Source: Gemmatimonadales bacterium (lineage in GTDB: Bacteria; Gemmatimonadota; Gemmatimonadetes; Gemmatimonadales; GWC2-71-9). Taken from it: a stretch of DNA of 64,000 bases. Location of the stretch: assembly GCA_044221045.1 (NCBI GenBank), contig JBGAPX010000006.1, positions 780 to 64,779 on the forward strand, given 5' to 3'. This document shows positions 51,829 through 60,980 of this stretch, piece after piece (position 1 is the stretch's first letter; each line of letters opens with the position of its first letter). The notes beneath the pieces were generated by a model. The model searched no databases. It was not told the DNA's origin and saw only the letters and a program-made list of their open reading frames with translations. Both the position numbers and the translations under genes were made by a program.

Positions 51829-52287
51829 TCAGCCGGCCTCGCACCGCCGCTTGAGCCCCGCCGCCTCCATGCCGAGATACCGGTCTATGACCCCCCGTGT
51901 GAGCCTGGCCAGCACCCCGCCCAGGGGCCCCCCCCGGGTGAGCCAGGCCAGCACCCCGCCCAGGGGCCCCTCGTAGCGGATCGAGAGCGTGGCCTGGCTG
52001 CGGCCCCCGACCACTGCCACCCGATGATCCCCCGTCACCCGCATCCCCGGCGCCCGGGACACCCAGGTGAATCCGGCGTCGTCGAGGGCGGTCACCTCCC
52101 AGAGCGCCGGCGGCAGTCCGGGCTGGTGGACCCGGGCCCGCGAGCCGACCGCCAGGGGGCCGGCCTCGAGCCGCTCCACCCGCCGGATCGAGGCCGTCCA
52201 CTCATGCCACCGCTCGACCTCGACCATGACCGCGCGCACCCGGTGAGGCGGGGCATCGATGCCGATGGTGGTGCTGAAGTGACGCAT
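51829..52287 (-). CDS. SRPBCC (polyketide cyclase-like) family protein
   Basis: VERWHEWTASI, GPLAVGSRARV, FTWVS. Confidence 0.85.
   Translation of the reverse strand: MRHFSTTIGIDAPPHRVRAVMVEVERWHEWTASIRRVERLEAGPLAVGSRARVHQPGLPPALWEVTALDDAGFTWVSRAPGMRVTGDHRVAVVGGRSQATLSIRYEGPLGGVLAWLTRGGPLGGVLARLTRGVIDRYLGMEAAGLKRRCEAG
51899..51970. repeat. 39-bp in-frame tandem duplication within the SRPBCC gene
   Basis: Encodes GPLGGVLAWLTR-G-GPLGGVLARLTR. Confidence 0.85.
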
Positions 52288-52308
52288 GCGGGGCTCCGCG
52301 GCTTGCCG

Positions 52309-52887
52309 CTAGGGGGGCGGGGCTGAATGGCAGGTCGTCGCTGCCGGGGGATCGGGTTCGCCGTAGCTGGCCCGTGCCAGGCGAGGGGACGCACGCGGTG
52401 GGAGCTCCAGGACGAAGAGCGTCGCGTACTCGCCATCGCAGAGGTCGGGAAGGCGTGGCCCGCCCAGGGCGGCGATGATGGGGCCGAGCGTGTTGCTGTG
52501 TCCCACGACCAGCGCGGTGCTTCCCGTCGGCGCGGCCCGGAGCGCCCTCGCCGTCGCGGCCGCGTTGCTGTCCGCTCCCCCCCGCGCCGCCACGATGACG
52601 GGAACCACTCCGCGCGCGGTGGCGACCGGCGCCGCGGTCTCGATGGTCCGCCGGAACTCGGAAGTAATGATGACGCGAACCGGAAGGTCCGCCACGGCGG
52701 CAACCAGCGCCCCGGCACGCGCATATCCCGCGGCGGACAGCGGCGGGTCGCCGTCCGGCGCCGCCTTCTCGGCGTGACGCACGAGGATCACCGTCGCGGC
52801 CTGGGCCGGCAGGGCCGCCGGCAGCAGCAGGCCCGTGCCGAGTATTGCGCGGACCATCATGACCTGGGCGCGGGTGCCGAAGGGCAT
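52309..52887 (-). CDS. Histidine phosphatase (SixA/phosphoglycerate mutase-like), probably exported
   Basis: VILVRHAE, LVVGHSNT; signal-like N-terminus. Start uncertain. Confidence 0.85.
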   Translation of the reverse strand: MPFGTRAQVMMVRAILGTGLLLPAALPAQAATVILVRHAEKAAPDGDPPLSAAGYARAGALVAAVADLPVRVIITSEFRRTIETAAPVATARGVVPVIVAARGGADSNAAATARALRAAPTGSTALVVGHSNTLGPIIAALGGPRLPDLCDGEYATLFVLELPPRASPRLARASYGEPDPPAATTCHSAPPP

Positions 52888-52895
52888 CGCGCCGC

Positions 52896-53294
52896 TCACT
52901 TGAGTGCCGCGGTGATGGCCCGCGGCCGTGAACGCAGCGCGAAGACCACGATCCCCGCGAGCAGCAGCAGCCGGAGCGCCCACAGCGGTCCGGGCAGGCC
53001 CACCCCCGCGGTGCCATCCGCGAACACGCCGGCCAGTCGTCCGGCGAGGCGCGCCCCGGCGAGCAGGGCCAGGCCGAGGCTCCCCCACCACCGGTCCCGC
53101 CACATGGCCACGAGCAGCAGCAGCGTGAGCGCGGTGAAGCCGAGATCGGTCAGGAGGTTGGGCAGCGGGTACTCCCCGGCGCCGCGGCGCAGGCCCTGCA
53201 GCCCCGAGAGCGACAGCGGCACGTAAAGCAGGGCAAGCACCGTCGCGATGCGGCGCGCGGTTCGGGTGGCGCCGTCGGGGGCCGGAGCGGTCAT
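52896..53294 (-). CDS. Hypothetical membrane protein
   Basis: About 4 hydrophobic segments. Confidence 0.6.
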   Translation of the reverse strand: MTAPAPDGATRTARRIATVLALLYVPLSLSGLQGLRRGAGEYPLPNLLTDLGFTALTLLLLVAMWRDRWWGSLGLALLAGARLAGRLAGVFADGTAGVGLPGPLWALRLLLLAGIVVFALRSRPRAITAALK

Positions 53295-53343
53295 GCGATT
53301 CCTCTCATCGGGCGCGAGAGACCATGGGCGCGGGGCGGGGCCC

Positions 53344-53976
53344 TCAGCCGGCAACGGGGCCCGCGGGTTCATCGAGCAGCTGCAGCACCACCTGCTGCAG
53401 TCGCGGGTCGTTCATCATGAAAGTGTGATCCACGGGGAGGAGCACCGGCTGGTCGCTGTCGCTGATCAGGGTCTCGCCCACCGCCACGAAGCCGTCGTGC
53501 GGCTCGCCGCGGAAGGGGCGGCCCAGGACGCGGTAGCCGGCCGTCCCGGAGATCAGCGTGTACGGCACACGGGGCGTGGGGATGTCGGCGTATGCCCGCT
53601 CGGAGGCGAGCACCGCGCCGCAACTCCGGGCGAAGACCCGGAAGGGCAGCCAGCGGATGGCGCTCGACGCGCGCCGCGGAGGCCGGTTCGGGGTGCCGAG
53701 CATGATGAGGTGATGGACCGGCAGCGCCGGGACGTCGGCCAGCGCGTGGCGGAGCAGCAGCCCGCCGAGCGAATGGCCGATGAGGGCCACCGGCTCCCGG
53801 GTCGCGGCCCACTCCTGCAGCCGCGCCACTAGGCGCCGTCGGATGCCCTGGTACGACTCGGCGAATGCATAGTAGGAGAAGGAGGCCGGCACGTGTCCCG
53901 CACGCCGCAGGGCGCGGTGCAGCAGGACGAGGCTCGCGGGGGTGCGGCCGAGGCCATGCACCAGGAGGACGCGCAT
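53344..53976 (-). CDS. Alpha/beta hydrolase (lipase/esterase-like)
   Basis: LVHGLG, GHSLGG nucleophile elbow, HDG, HTF. Confidence 0.88.
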   Translation of the reverse strand: MRVLLVHGLGRTPASLVLLHRALRRAGHVPASFSYYAFAESYQGIRRRLVARLQEWAATREPVALIGHSLGGLLLRHALADVPALPVHHLIMLGTPNRPPRRASSAIRWLPFRVFARSCGAVLASERAYADIPTPRVPYTLISGTAGYRVLGRPFRGEPHDGFVAVGETLISDSDQPVLLPVDHTFMMNDPRLQQVVLQLLDEPAGPVAG

Positions 53977-54010
53977 GCAGGAATCTAGGCGAATCCCGCC
54001 GCGCGGTGCG

Positions 54011-54565
54011 TCAGTCGACTGCGGCCATCCGGGTCACCCGGAGTGTGCCACCCCCGAGGCTGTCGGCCACGTAGCCGTTGGCCAGCAGGGTCGAGTCTGC
54101 GGCGAACGGCAGCGACGCGGCGCAGTCCCATGTGCCGGTCCAGCTGTTGCCCCCGGAGCCCACCAGGGTGCCCGGGATATCGAGCGCGAGGGGCTGGCCC
54201 AGCCGCAGCGTCAGGTGGGTGGCATCCGTCCGGTCCCACCGTACCGAGAGCGAGCCGAACAGGGTGTCCCGCTGGACCCCCGGTGAGGCGTGGCTCAGGA
54301 TGGTGTCGCTGAACACGGAGCGGACAAAGTACAGCGTGGCCGTGTCCTCGCGGGTACTGTCCGGCCACCGGGGCATCAGCCAGCTGCCCGAGAGCGAGCA
54401 GTAGGAGTGGTGCCCATTGGTGGAATCATCGTAGCGCGAGAGGGCGTTGAGCAGGGCCACCCGCGGGTGGGTGACGTTCGGGCCGGAGCCGTCGCAGGCC
54501 GCGATGAGGCCAACCGTGAGTGCGACGAGGAAGGTGTGGGCGGAGCGGCGCAGGACCAATGTCAT
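54011..54565 (-). CDS. Hypothetical lipoprotein
   Basis: Lipobox LIAAC after a basic/hydrophobic leader. The upstream part of the listed ORF overlaps the next gene. Confidence 0.65.
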   Translation of the reverse strand: MTLVLRRSAHTFLVALTVGLIAACDGSGPNVTHPRVALLNALSRYDDSTNGHHSYCSLSGSWLMPRWPDSTREDTATLYFVRSVFSDTILSHASPGVQRDTLFGSLSVRWDRTDATHLTLRLGQPLALDIPGTLVGSGGNSWTGTWDCAASLPFAADSTLLANGYVADSLGGGTLRVTRMAAVD

Positions 54566-54695
54566 GGGGACCCTCCCGGGAAGCGCTGCTGGCAATACTG
54601 AGGCGCAGCGCCGGTGTCCACAAGCGGGCAGCGGCATACGTCGACGCCATGTTCCACTGTGCGGCATTCCGCCCACGGCCTCGAAGGGGCCAGGC

Positions 54696-57326
54696 TCACC
54701 CGCCGTCCCCGTTCCCGGCGCGCCGCGCCGCGACGGCCTCACGGAACTGGGTTGCGTAGCCTTCCACGGCCGCCAGCGCCTGGGGGTCGTCCCGATAGTG
54801 GGCCCGCAGCCGGTCGAAGACGGCCTCGCCCCGGGGATCGCCGAGGGTGATGAGCAGCAGCACATTGCTGAAGACGTCGTTGATGTCGTCCTCGGCCAGC
54901 GCCCGGTCCAGCCGTGCGAGCACGATCGGCACCGCCCGTTCGCCCTGGCCCAGTGCCACCAGCGTCTCCGCGCCGGCGAGCCGGAAGTCCCAGGTGGAGG
55001 TGGCGAGGTACCAGCGGGTGGAGGTCTCATCCGCCACGGCCTGCAGCGCGAGGTCGCCGCCGCGCGGGTCGCCCAGTGCCTTGAGGCCGAGGAGGGCGCT
55101 CAGGCGGTTCTCGCCCTTCCACGATCGCACCTGGTGCAGGGCGTGGAGGGCATCGAAGGCCCGCCCGCTGCGGCTGAGTCCCAGGGCATGGGCCGCTGCG
55201 TTGATCACCGGGTGGCTTTCCTCCCGCATGGCCTCGAGGTAGAGGCCGGCCCAGGCGGTGTCCCGCGTCGTGCCCAGGAACCGGATGGCGGCCGCGCGCA
55301 GCCAGGAGCGCTCGGTGGCGATGAGGGTCCGCAACCGGTCCGTGGTCACGGAGTCGAGCGCGACAGCGCCGTCGGCCGGGGCGGGGGCGAGCAGCGCCTG
55401 CAGCCGGCCGATGGCCGCCGCCCGCTCCCGCCAGTAGCCGGTGCCCAGCCCGACCCGCCACAGCGCCTCCACGATCCGGGCGCGGTCTGGCGGGGAGGTG
55501 GCATCGCTCCTGACCAGCGCCGACAACGCGCCCATCGCCCAGCGGCGGCCCAGGACGTCGCGGTCGTGCGCCACCTGGTACAGCAGCTCCTCGAGCGGCT
55601 TCCGGAAGGTGAGCTCCTTGAGCCAGGCGCCCTCGACGTCGAACTGCACCAGCCGCGGTTCGGTGGCGGCGGTGAAGGTGAGCAGGTTCACCTCGCGCGG
55701 CGCCAGCCACACCCGCTCGACCCGGTCATCAACCTCGACCTCCACCCAGCCGCGAAACCATCGCGCGCGGGGGAAGGACGAGGCCGTGTCCACCGCCTGC
55801 GCCTGCCGCACGCGGAGGGTGAGCCGGCCGCGGGCGGCGTCGTACGTCCGGGTCACCTCGAACACCGGGTGGCCGATGCCGTACACCCACTGGTCGAAGA
55901 ACCAGTCCAGCCGCTCGCCGCTGGACGCCTCCACCGCCCGCTGGAAGTCCGCGGTGCCGACCGGCCGGCCCGCGGCGGTGGCCACGAAGTGCCGCATGGC
56001 GCGGGCGAAGCGTTCGTCGCCGAGCTGGGCGCGGAGCTGGTGCAGGACCAGGGCGCCGCGTGCCCACGGGCCGTTGTCGAGCGCCCATGCCCGGCCGCTG
56101 TCGGGGTCGGCGGGGACCACCGGCCGGCGGATGCCGGCGCTCCAGTCCCCGAGCGCCGTCGCCTGGTCGCCGGCGAGCTGCCACAACAGGAACTCGGTCC
56201 GTCCGTTCAGCCGCTCGCTGCACAGGCCGTCGAAGTAGTGCGCCATGCCGCGGGTCAGCCACGCATCGCGCCAGTCGCGCGGCGTGGTCAGTCCGCCCAG
56301 CCACTGCGCGGCCAGCGCCTCGGCCTCGAGCCCGTCCCAGAGGTAGCGCCAGTCGGCGTGGGTGCGGGCGTCGTCAATCATGTTCTCGGTGAGCGTGGAC
56401 GTGCCGTGGTTGCCGGCGCCCCAGGGCAGGTCCTGCACGAAGGCCTGCGCGTACCGGGGCAGCGGATACGGTACCCCGGTCGCCTCGCTGAGGCAGGCGA
56501 GCAGGGCGGGCAGCCGCTCCACCGTGGCCTCCACCGCCGCCACCTCGTCCGGGTAGCCCCAGCTCTCGAGGGCCACGCCGGCCGCGGCCTGCCGGACCAC
56601 GGTGTACTCGCCGATGACGATCGAGGTCAGGTGATTGGCGTGCGGTCGGTCAGCGCGCCAGTGGAAGGTGCGGGTGCCGTCCGGGTTGTCGTGCGTCCCC
56701 ACCAGGGTCCCGTTGCCCAGCGCGACCAGCGGCGGCTCCACGGTCAGCCGGAGGTCGGTGGTGCGCCAGTCGTCCGGGGCGTCGTAGCCCGGGAACCAGA
56801 AGCGATTGCCCGCCGGCAGGCCCTGGCTCCAGAGCTGCCGCCGCTTCATCGGCTCGGTGCCGGTGGGCGAGAAGAAGCGGAGGCCCCGGCCGTCGCTGCC
56901 GCCCAGGCTGTTGGGGTCGGAGCGGTTGTGCCAGGTGCTGTGATAGGCGATGCGGAGCGTGACGTCCTCGCCCGCGGCGACGGTGCGCCCCAGCCGGATC
57001 AGCAGCCCGTCATCGCGGTCGCCGCCATCGTACGTAAAGGCCAGCGGCGACCCGCCGGCGAGGGACACGGCCTCGATGGCCAGGCGCCCGGCGTCGAGCG
57101 TGACGCGGTCGGCCGCGCGAAGCGGCGCCAGGGTGATCGTCGCGGTTCCCTGGGCCCGCCGCAGACCCCAGTCGAAGCGCAGGTCGAGCGCCACGTGCTT
57201 CACGTCGATGGACCGGCGGCGGGCCGCCGGCCCGGGCGCCGTGGGGCGGGCGGCGGCGAGCGCGGCGGCGCAGGCCAGGGACATCAAGGCGGCGAGGTGG
57301 GCGCATCGGGTCGGGCTGGCGGGCAT
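54696..57326 (-). CDS. M1 aminopeptidase-fold protein with HEAT repeats, catalytic motifs degenerate
   Basis: IDVKHVALDL, RFWFPGYDAP, GALVLHQLR..LGDE.F, FFDQWVY..GHP; EALAAQW replaces HExxH. Confidence 0.85.
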   Translation of the reverse strand: MPASPTRCAHLAALMSLACAAALAAARPTAPGPAARRRSIDVKHVALDLRFDWGLRRAQGTATITLAPLRAADRVTLDAGRLAIEAVSLAGGSPLAFTYDGGDRDDGLLIRLGRTVAAGEDVTLRIAYHSTWHNRSDPNSLGGSDGRGLRFFSPTGTEPMKRRQLWSQGLPAGNRFWFPGYDAPDDWRTTDLRLTVEPPLVALGNGTLVGTHDNPDGTRTFHWRADRPHANHLTSIVIGEYTVVRQAAAGVALESWGYPDEVAAVEATVERLPALLACLSEATGVPYPLPRYAQAFVQDLPWGAGNHGTSTLTENMIDDARTHADWRYLWDGLEAEALAAQWLGGLTTPRDWRDAWLTRGMAHYFDGLCSERLNGRTEFLLWQLAGDQATALGDWSAGIRRPVVPADPDSGRAWALDNGPWARGALVLHQLRAQLGDERFARAMRHFVATAAGRPVGTADFQRAVEASSGERLDWFFDQWVYGIGHPVFEVTRTYDAARGRLTLRVRQAQAVDTASSFPRARWFRGWVEVEVDDRVERVWLAPREVNLLTFTAATEPRLVQFDVEGAWLKELTFRKPLEELLYQVAHDRDVLGRRWAMGALSALVRSDATSPPDRARIVEALWRVGLGTGYWRERAAAIGRLQALLAPAPADGAVALDSVTTDRLRTLIATERSWLRAAAIRFLGTTRDTAWAGLYLEAMREESHPVINAAAHALGLSRSGRAFDALHALHQVRSWKGENRLSALLGLKALGDPRGGDLALQAVADETSTRWYLATSTWDFRLAGAETLVALGQGERAVPIVLARLDRALAEDDINDVFSNVLLLITLGDPRGEAVFDRLRAHYRDDPQALAAVEGYATQFREAVAARRAGNGDGG

Positions 57327-57396
57327 GGGGACGACACCATCGCGAGGGAGCGCGCGGGCCCGGGATGGGCGCCGCGTCTGCCCCAGCCTACCGGTG

Positions 57397-57422
57397 GAAT
57401 GGCGCCACCGACAGCGCCATTC
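57397..57422. promoter_or_regulatory. Perfect 9-bp inverted repeat in divergent promoter region
   Basis: GAATGGCGC-N8-GCGCCATTC. Confidence 0.5.
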
Positions 57423-57513
57423 TGCCTGGTGCCGTGGTACCACTTGTCGGACGGTCCGGCCCGGAACATCCTGCCTCGCGCCGGGGCCGCCGGGCCGGTA
57501 CTATTGGGGCCGC

Positions 57514-58500
57514 ATGGATCCCCTGTCCGACCTCCTGCGCGTGATCAGGCTCGACGGCGCCTTCTTCTTCTCGGTCGAGGCGGTGGAGCCGTGGAGCATC
57601 GCGGCCGTGGCCGCCCGCGAGCTGTCCCCCCGGATCCTCCCCGACGCGGAACACCTGATCTCGTATCACATCCTCACCGAGGGCCACGCCTACGGCGGGC
57701 TGACGGGCGAGGAGCAAGTGGAGCTCCTGCCCGGTGACGTCATTGTCTTTCCCCACGGGGACCCGCACCTGATGTCGAGCCAGCGGGGCCTTCACCTCGG
57801 GCCCGGCGTGAATACCGCCGCCCCGGACCGCTTTCCCCGGACCCTGCAGCTCGGGGCCGCCGGCCCCCGGGGCGCGGCCTTCGTCTGCGGCTTCCTCGGC
57901 TGCGACCTGCGACCGTTCAATCCGCTGCTCGCGGCCCTGCCCCGGCGGCTGCACCTGCGTGGCCTCTCGAGCGCCTGGCTCGGCGCCTTCACCGGGCAGG
58001 TCACCGAGGAGTCCCGCCGGGGCCGCGCCGGCGCCGACTGCGTCCTCACCCGCCTGGCGGAGCTGATGTTCATCGAGGTGCTCCGGCGCTACCTCGATGA
58101 CATGCCGCCCGGGCAGACCGGCTGGCTGGCCGGGCTGCGTGACGAGGTCGTGGGCCGGGTGCTCACCCTCATTCACCACCAGCCCGCGCGTCCCTGGACC
58201 CTCATCGACCTGGCCCGCGAGGCGGGGAGCTCCCGCACCAGCCTGTCCGACCGTTTCACCCAGCTGGTGGGTCAGCCGCCGATGCAGTACCTCACCCAGT
58301 GGCGCATGCAGGTCGCCGCCACGCGCCTGGCGCAGTCCGGGGCCAAGGTGGCCGCGGTCGGCGCCGAGGTGGGGTACGACTCCGAGGCGGCCTTCAGCCG
58401 CGCCTTCAAGAAGGCCACCGGGCTGGCCCCCGGGGCCTGGCGGGAACGCCGCCGCGCGGCGGGCGTACCGTCCCCCACCGCCGCAATTCACGCCACATAA
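57514..58500 (+). CDS. AraC-family regulator with Cupin_6 N-terminal domain
   Basis: MDPLSDLL, PHGDPH, RLAELMFIEVLR, PMQYLTQWRM, GYDSEAAFSRAFKK. Confidence 0.93.
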   Translation: MDPLSDLLRVIRLDGAFFFSVEAVEPWSIAAVAARELSPRILPDAEHLISYHILTEGHAYGGLTGEEQVELLPGDVIVFPHGDPHLMSSQRGLHLGPGVNTAAPDRFPRTLQLGAAGPRGAAFVCGFLGCDLRPFNPLLAALPRRLHLRGLSSAWLGAFTGQVTEESRRGRAGADCVLTRLAELMFIEVLRRYLDDMPPGQTGWLAGLRDEVVGRVLTLIHHQPARPWTLIDLAREAGSSRTSLSDRFTQLVGQPPMQYLTQWRMQVAATRLAQSGAKVAAVGAEVGYDSEAAFSRAFKKATGLAPGAWRERRRAAGVPSPTAAIHAT

Positions 58501-58510
58501 GGGCGTCCGG

Positions 58511-58544
58511 GGACGCCCGGGCAGGAAGTCGGGACGGTCAGTCA
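58511..58544 (+). promoter_or_regulatory. Candidate AraC operator: GGACG-N4-GNCA direct repeat, 21-bp period
   Basis: GGACGcccgGgCA (58511) and GGACGgtcaGtCA (58532) upstream of the methyltransferase. Confidence 0.5.
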
Positions 58545-58626
58545 TGGGAGGATCGGGGCGCCTGACGCAACTTGGTGCCCGTGCGCCACGAGGGCGCGCA
58601 TCCCCTCAGCTGACGAAGGAGCCGGC

Positions 58627-59490
58627 ATGTCTTCCGACCTGATCCCCTGCGCCGACCGCCCCGGCATCCAGGGCACCGTCCGACGGGTGTCCGACGACCC
58701 CCTCACCACCCGGGCCCGCGCCATCTGGGGCGGGGCGGACTTCCTCCCGATCGCCCGCAGCTTCGCGCCCGGCGCGGAGGCGTTCGTGGGCCGGCTGGCG
58801 CTGCGGCCGGGCGAGCAGGTGCTGGACGTCGCCTGCGGCACCGGCAACCTGGCGATCCCGGCGGCCCGCGCCGGCGCCGCCGTGACCGGCGTCGACATCG
58901 CGCCCAACCTCATCGAGGAGGCGGCCGTGGAAGCGGCGGCCGCCGGTGCCCGGGTGCAGTTCGACGTCGGCGACGCGGAGGCGCTCCCGTACGGCGATGC
59001 ACGCTTCGACGTGGCGATGACCATGTTCGGGGTGATGTTCGCCTATCGCCCGGAGCGGGCGGCGGCGGAGCTCCTGCGGGTGGTCCGCCCCGGCGGTCGG
59101 ATCGCGATGGCGAACTGGACCCCCCAGGGGTTCATCGGGCACATGCTGCGGGCGCACGTGGCGGTGGTCCCGCCCCCCGCCGGGATCCCGAGCCCGCTGG
59201 CCTGGGGCGAGGAGTCGGTCGTGCAGGCGCGGCTGGGCGCCGGGGTCGCCGACCTCGCCTTCACCCGGCGGATGATGGAGCTGCGCTTCCCGGTGCCCCC
59301 GGCGGCCGTGACGGAGCTCTTCGCCACCTTCTACGGCCCGACGGTGGCCACCCTCAAGGCCGCCTCCGCCGCCGGCGCCGTAGCGCTCCGGGCCTCGCTC
59401 ACGCGGCTCTTCACCGAGCACAATCGGGCCACCGACGGCGGCACGTCAGTGCTGGGGGAGTTCCTCGAGGTGCAGGCGCGGGTCCGGTAA
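58627..59490 (+). CDS. Class I SAM-dependent methyltransferase
   Basis: VLDVACGTG, GVDI, GDAEALP, RVVRPGGRI; AAGGAG RBS. Confidence 0.92.
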   Translation: MSSDLIPCADRPGIQGTVRRVSDDPLTTRARAIWGGADFLPIARSFAPGAEAFVGRLALRPGEQVLDVACGTGNLAIPAARAGAAVTGVDIAPNLIEEAAVEAAAAGARVQFDVGDAEALPYGDARFDVAMTMFGVMFAYRPERAAAELLRVVRPGGRIAMANWTPQGFIGHMLRAHVAVVPPPAGIPSPLAWGEESVVQARLGAGVADLAFTRRMMELRFPVPPAAVTELFATFYGPTVATLKAASAAGAVALRASLTRLFTEHNRATDGGTSVLGEFLEVQARVR

Positions 59491-59500
59491 CCGCCCCCTC

Positions 59501-59551
59501 GACGGGCGCGGGGGGGCGACGCCATCCGGCGCCGCTCCCCCGCGTCCCGTC
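59501..59551. terminator. Stem-loop between convergent genes
   Basis: GACGGGCGCGGGGG...CCCCCGCGTCCCGTC. Confidence 0.4.
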
Positions 59552-59564
59552 TCGACACTCACTT

Positions 59565-59612
59565 CACCCGATCACCCAATCACCCAATCGCCCAATTACC
59601 CAATCTCCCAAC
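59565..59612. repeat. Octamer tandem repeat (NNCCCAAT)x6
   Basis: CACCCGAT CACCCAAT CACCCAAT CGCCCAAT TACCCAAT CTCCCAAC. Confidence 0.85.
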
Positions 59613-59615
59613 CGC

Positions 59616-60143
59616 CTACCGCAAGTGCTTGTAGAAGAACACCGATTCCTGCGGCGAGCCGTCCGGGTTGATCGCGAAGCCCGGCACCGCGCCCATCTCG
59701 GTCCAGCCCAGCCGCCGGTACAGCCGCTCGGCCGAGTCGCCCCGCTTGGTGTCGAGGGTGAGCAGGGTGAGGCCCGCCGCGCGCGCCTCGGCCTCCGCCG
59801 CCTCCATCAGCCGGGTGCCGAGTCCCTGGCCCCGGGCGCGACGATGCACGATCAGCTTGGCGATATCGCCGCGATGCGGCTGGTTGGGCGCCCACGCGGG
59901 GTGCACCTGGACGCTGCCCGCGATGCCCTCCGCGTCGCGCGCCACCAGGAAGGCGACGCCGGCGTCCGCCCCGGCCACCGTCTCCCGCCACCAGGCCAGC
60001 GCGCGATCCACCGGCAGCGGCGGCAGGAAGCTGACGGCCGAGCCGGAGTTCACCGCGTCCACCAGCAGCTCGGCCAGGGCGCGCAGGTCCGCGGCGCTCG
60101 CGGGACGGGGCAGGCGTTCGATCGTGGTGGGGTGGTCCGGCAT
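59616..60143 (-). CDS. GNAT-family N-acetyltransferase (Ttr-like)
   Basis: NQPHRGDIAKLIVHRRARGQGLG, LTLDT, AERLYRRLGW. Confidence 0.9.
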   Translation of the reverse strand: MPDHPTTIERLPRPASAADLRALAELLVDAVNSGSAVSFLPPLPVDRALAWWRETVAGADAGVAFLVARDAEGIAGSVQVHPAWAPNQPHRGDIAKLIVHRRARGQGLGTRLMEAAEAEARAAGLTLLTLDTKRGDSAERLYRRLGWTEMGAVPGFAINPDGSPQESVFFYKHLR

Positions 60144-60157
60144 GGCGGGGGCCGCGG

Positions 60158-60622
60158 TCAGCGCGCGCGGTCGAAGGTGAGCGTGCGAGTCAGGGGAGTG
60201 CCATCGGGGGCGGTCGTGGCCAGCTGGATGGTCAGCGTGTCGCCGTCGGCGCGGATGTCCCGGGTGTAGGCCTGCCCGATGCCCGCCGGGGCGAGCGCAC
60301 CCTCGAGCGTCACGCGGACGGTGCCGCGCGCAGCGTCGAGGGTCCAGCGCCCGAAGTAGGCGTCGTAGCCGTCGACCGCCATGCTGTTGTTGGCGCCCGC
60401 GACCGTGGGCGCCGGGGTCCCCGCGGCGCCGTGGTCCCGGCGCATGAACTGGGCGGCGAACCGCCCCGGCCCGAAGGCCAGCATGCCGAGCGGGTCGGGG
60501 CCGAGTGCCGGGTCCACGCGGCGACTCCCGTCGGCTGCATGGTCCTCGCGGGTGCGCAGGATCCACAGCCCCAGCATCTGCTGGGCCAGGTCGTCACGCA
60601 CCGGGGGCAGGGGCGGCGTCAT
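60158..60622 (-). CDS. Lipocalin-like domain protein
   Basis: LGLWIL, GMLAF..GRFAAQFM, AYFGRW. Confidence 0.7.
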   Translation of the reverse strand: MTPPLPPVRDDLAQQMLGLWILRTREDHAADGSRRVDPALGPDPLGMLAFGPGRFAAQFMRRDHGAAGTPAPTVAGANNSMAVDGYDAYFGRWTLDAARGTVRVTLEGALAPAGIGQAYTRDIRADGDTLTIQLATTAPDGTPLTRTLTFDRAR

Positions 60623-60641
60623 CCCGGTTTGCGCCGCGGGC

Positions 60642-60905
60642 CTACCACCGCGCGGCCCGGCGGGTGAATCCGCATGAATGGGCCTCCGGGCCGGCAGGAC
60701 CGGGCACCAGCCCGTCGACGCGGGCAGTGTCGGCAGCGGTGCGGGCCTCGCCGTACTGACGCAGGCACTCCCGCGCGGCCCCGCCCTGGTACATGCCGAG
60801 GAGCAGCCAGAGCGCCAGCGCTGCCAGGGCCACGACGCCGGCGCCGAGGACCAGGCCCGGCACCGGACGGACCGGCATCGGTTCGGTGGCGCTGAGGGCA
60901 GCCAT
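60642..60905 (-). CDS. Small hypothetical membrane protein
   Basis: One TM helix followed by two Cys; GGAGG RBS. Confidence 0.55.
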   Translation of the reverse strand: MAALSATEPMPVRPVPGLVLGAGVVALAALALWLLLGMYQGGAARECLRQYGEARTAADTARVDGLVPGPAGPEAHSCGFTRRAARW

Positions 60906-60980
60906 GGGACCTCCGCGATGGGGTAAGGGAACGCCGGCGGATGCCACTCGAAGGTATCGCGGGGGCCGCCGCCCGCAACG

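Noticed and set aside
59565-59612. Repeat arrays as CRISPR (also 43314-43365)
   Set aside because: Units are 8 or 20 bp, have no spacers, and there are no cas genes.
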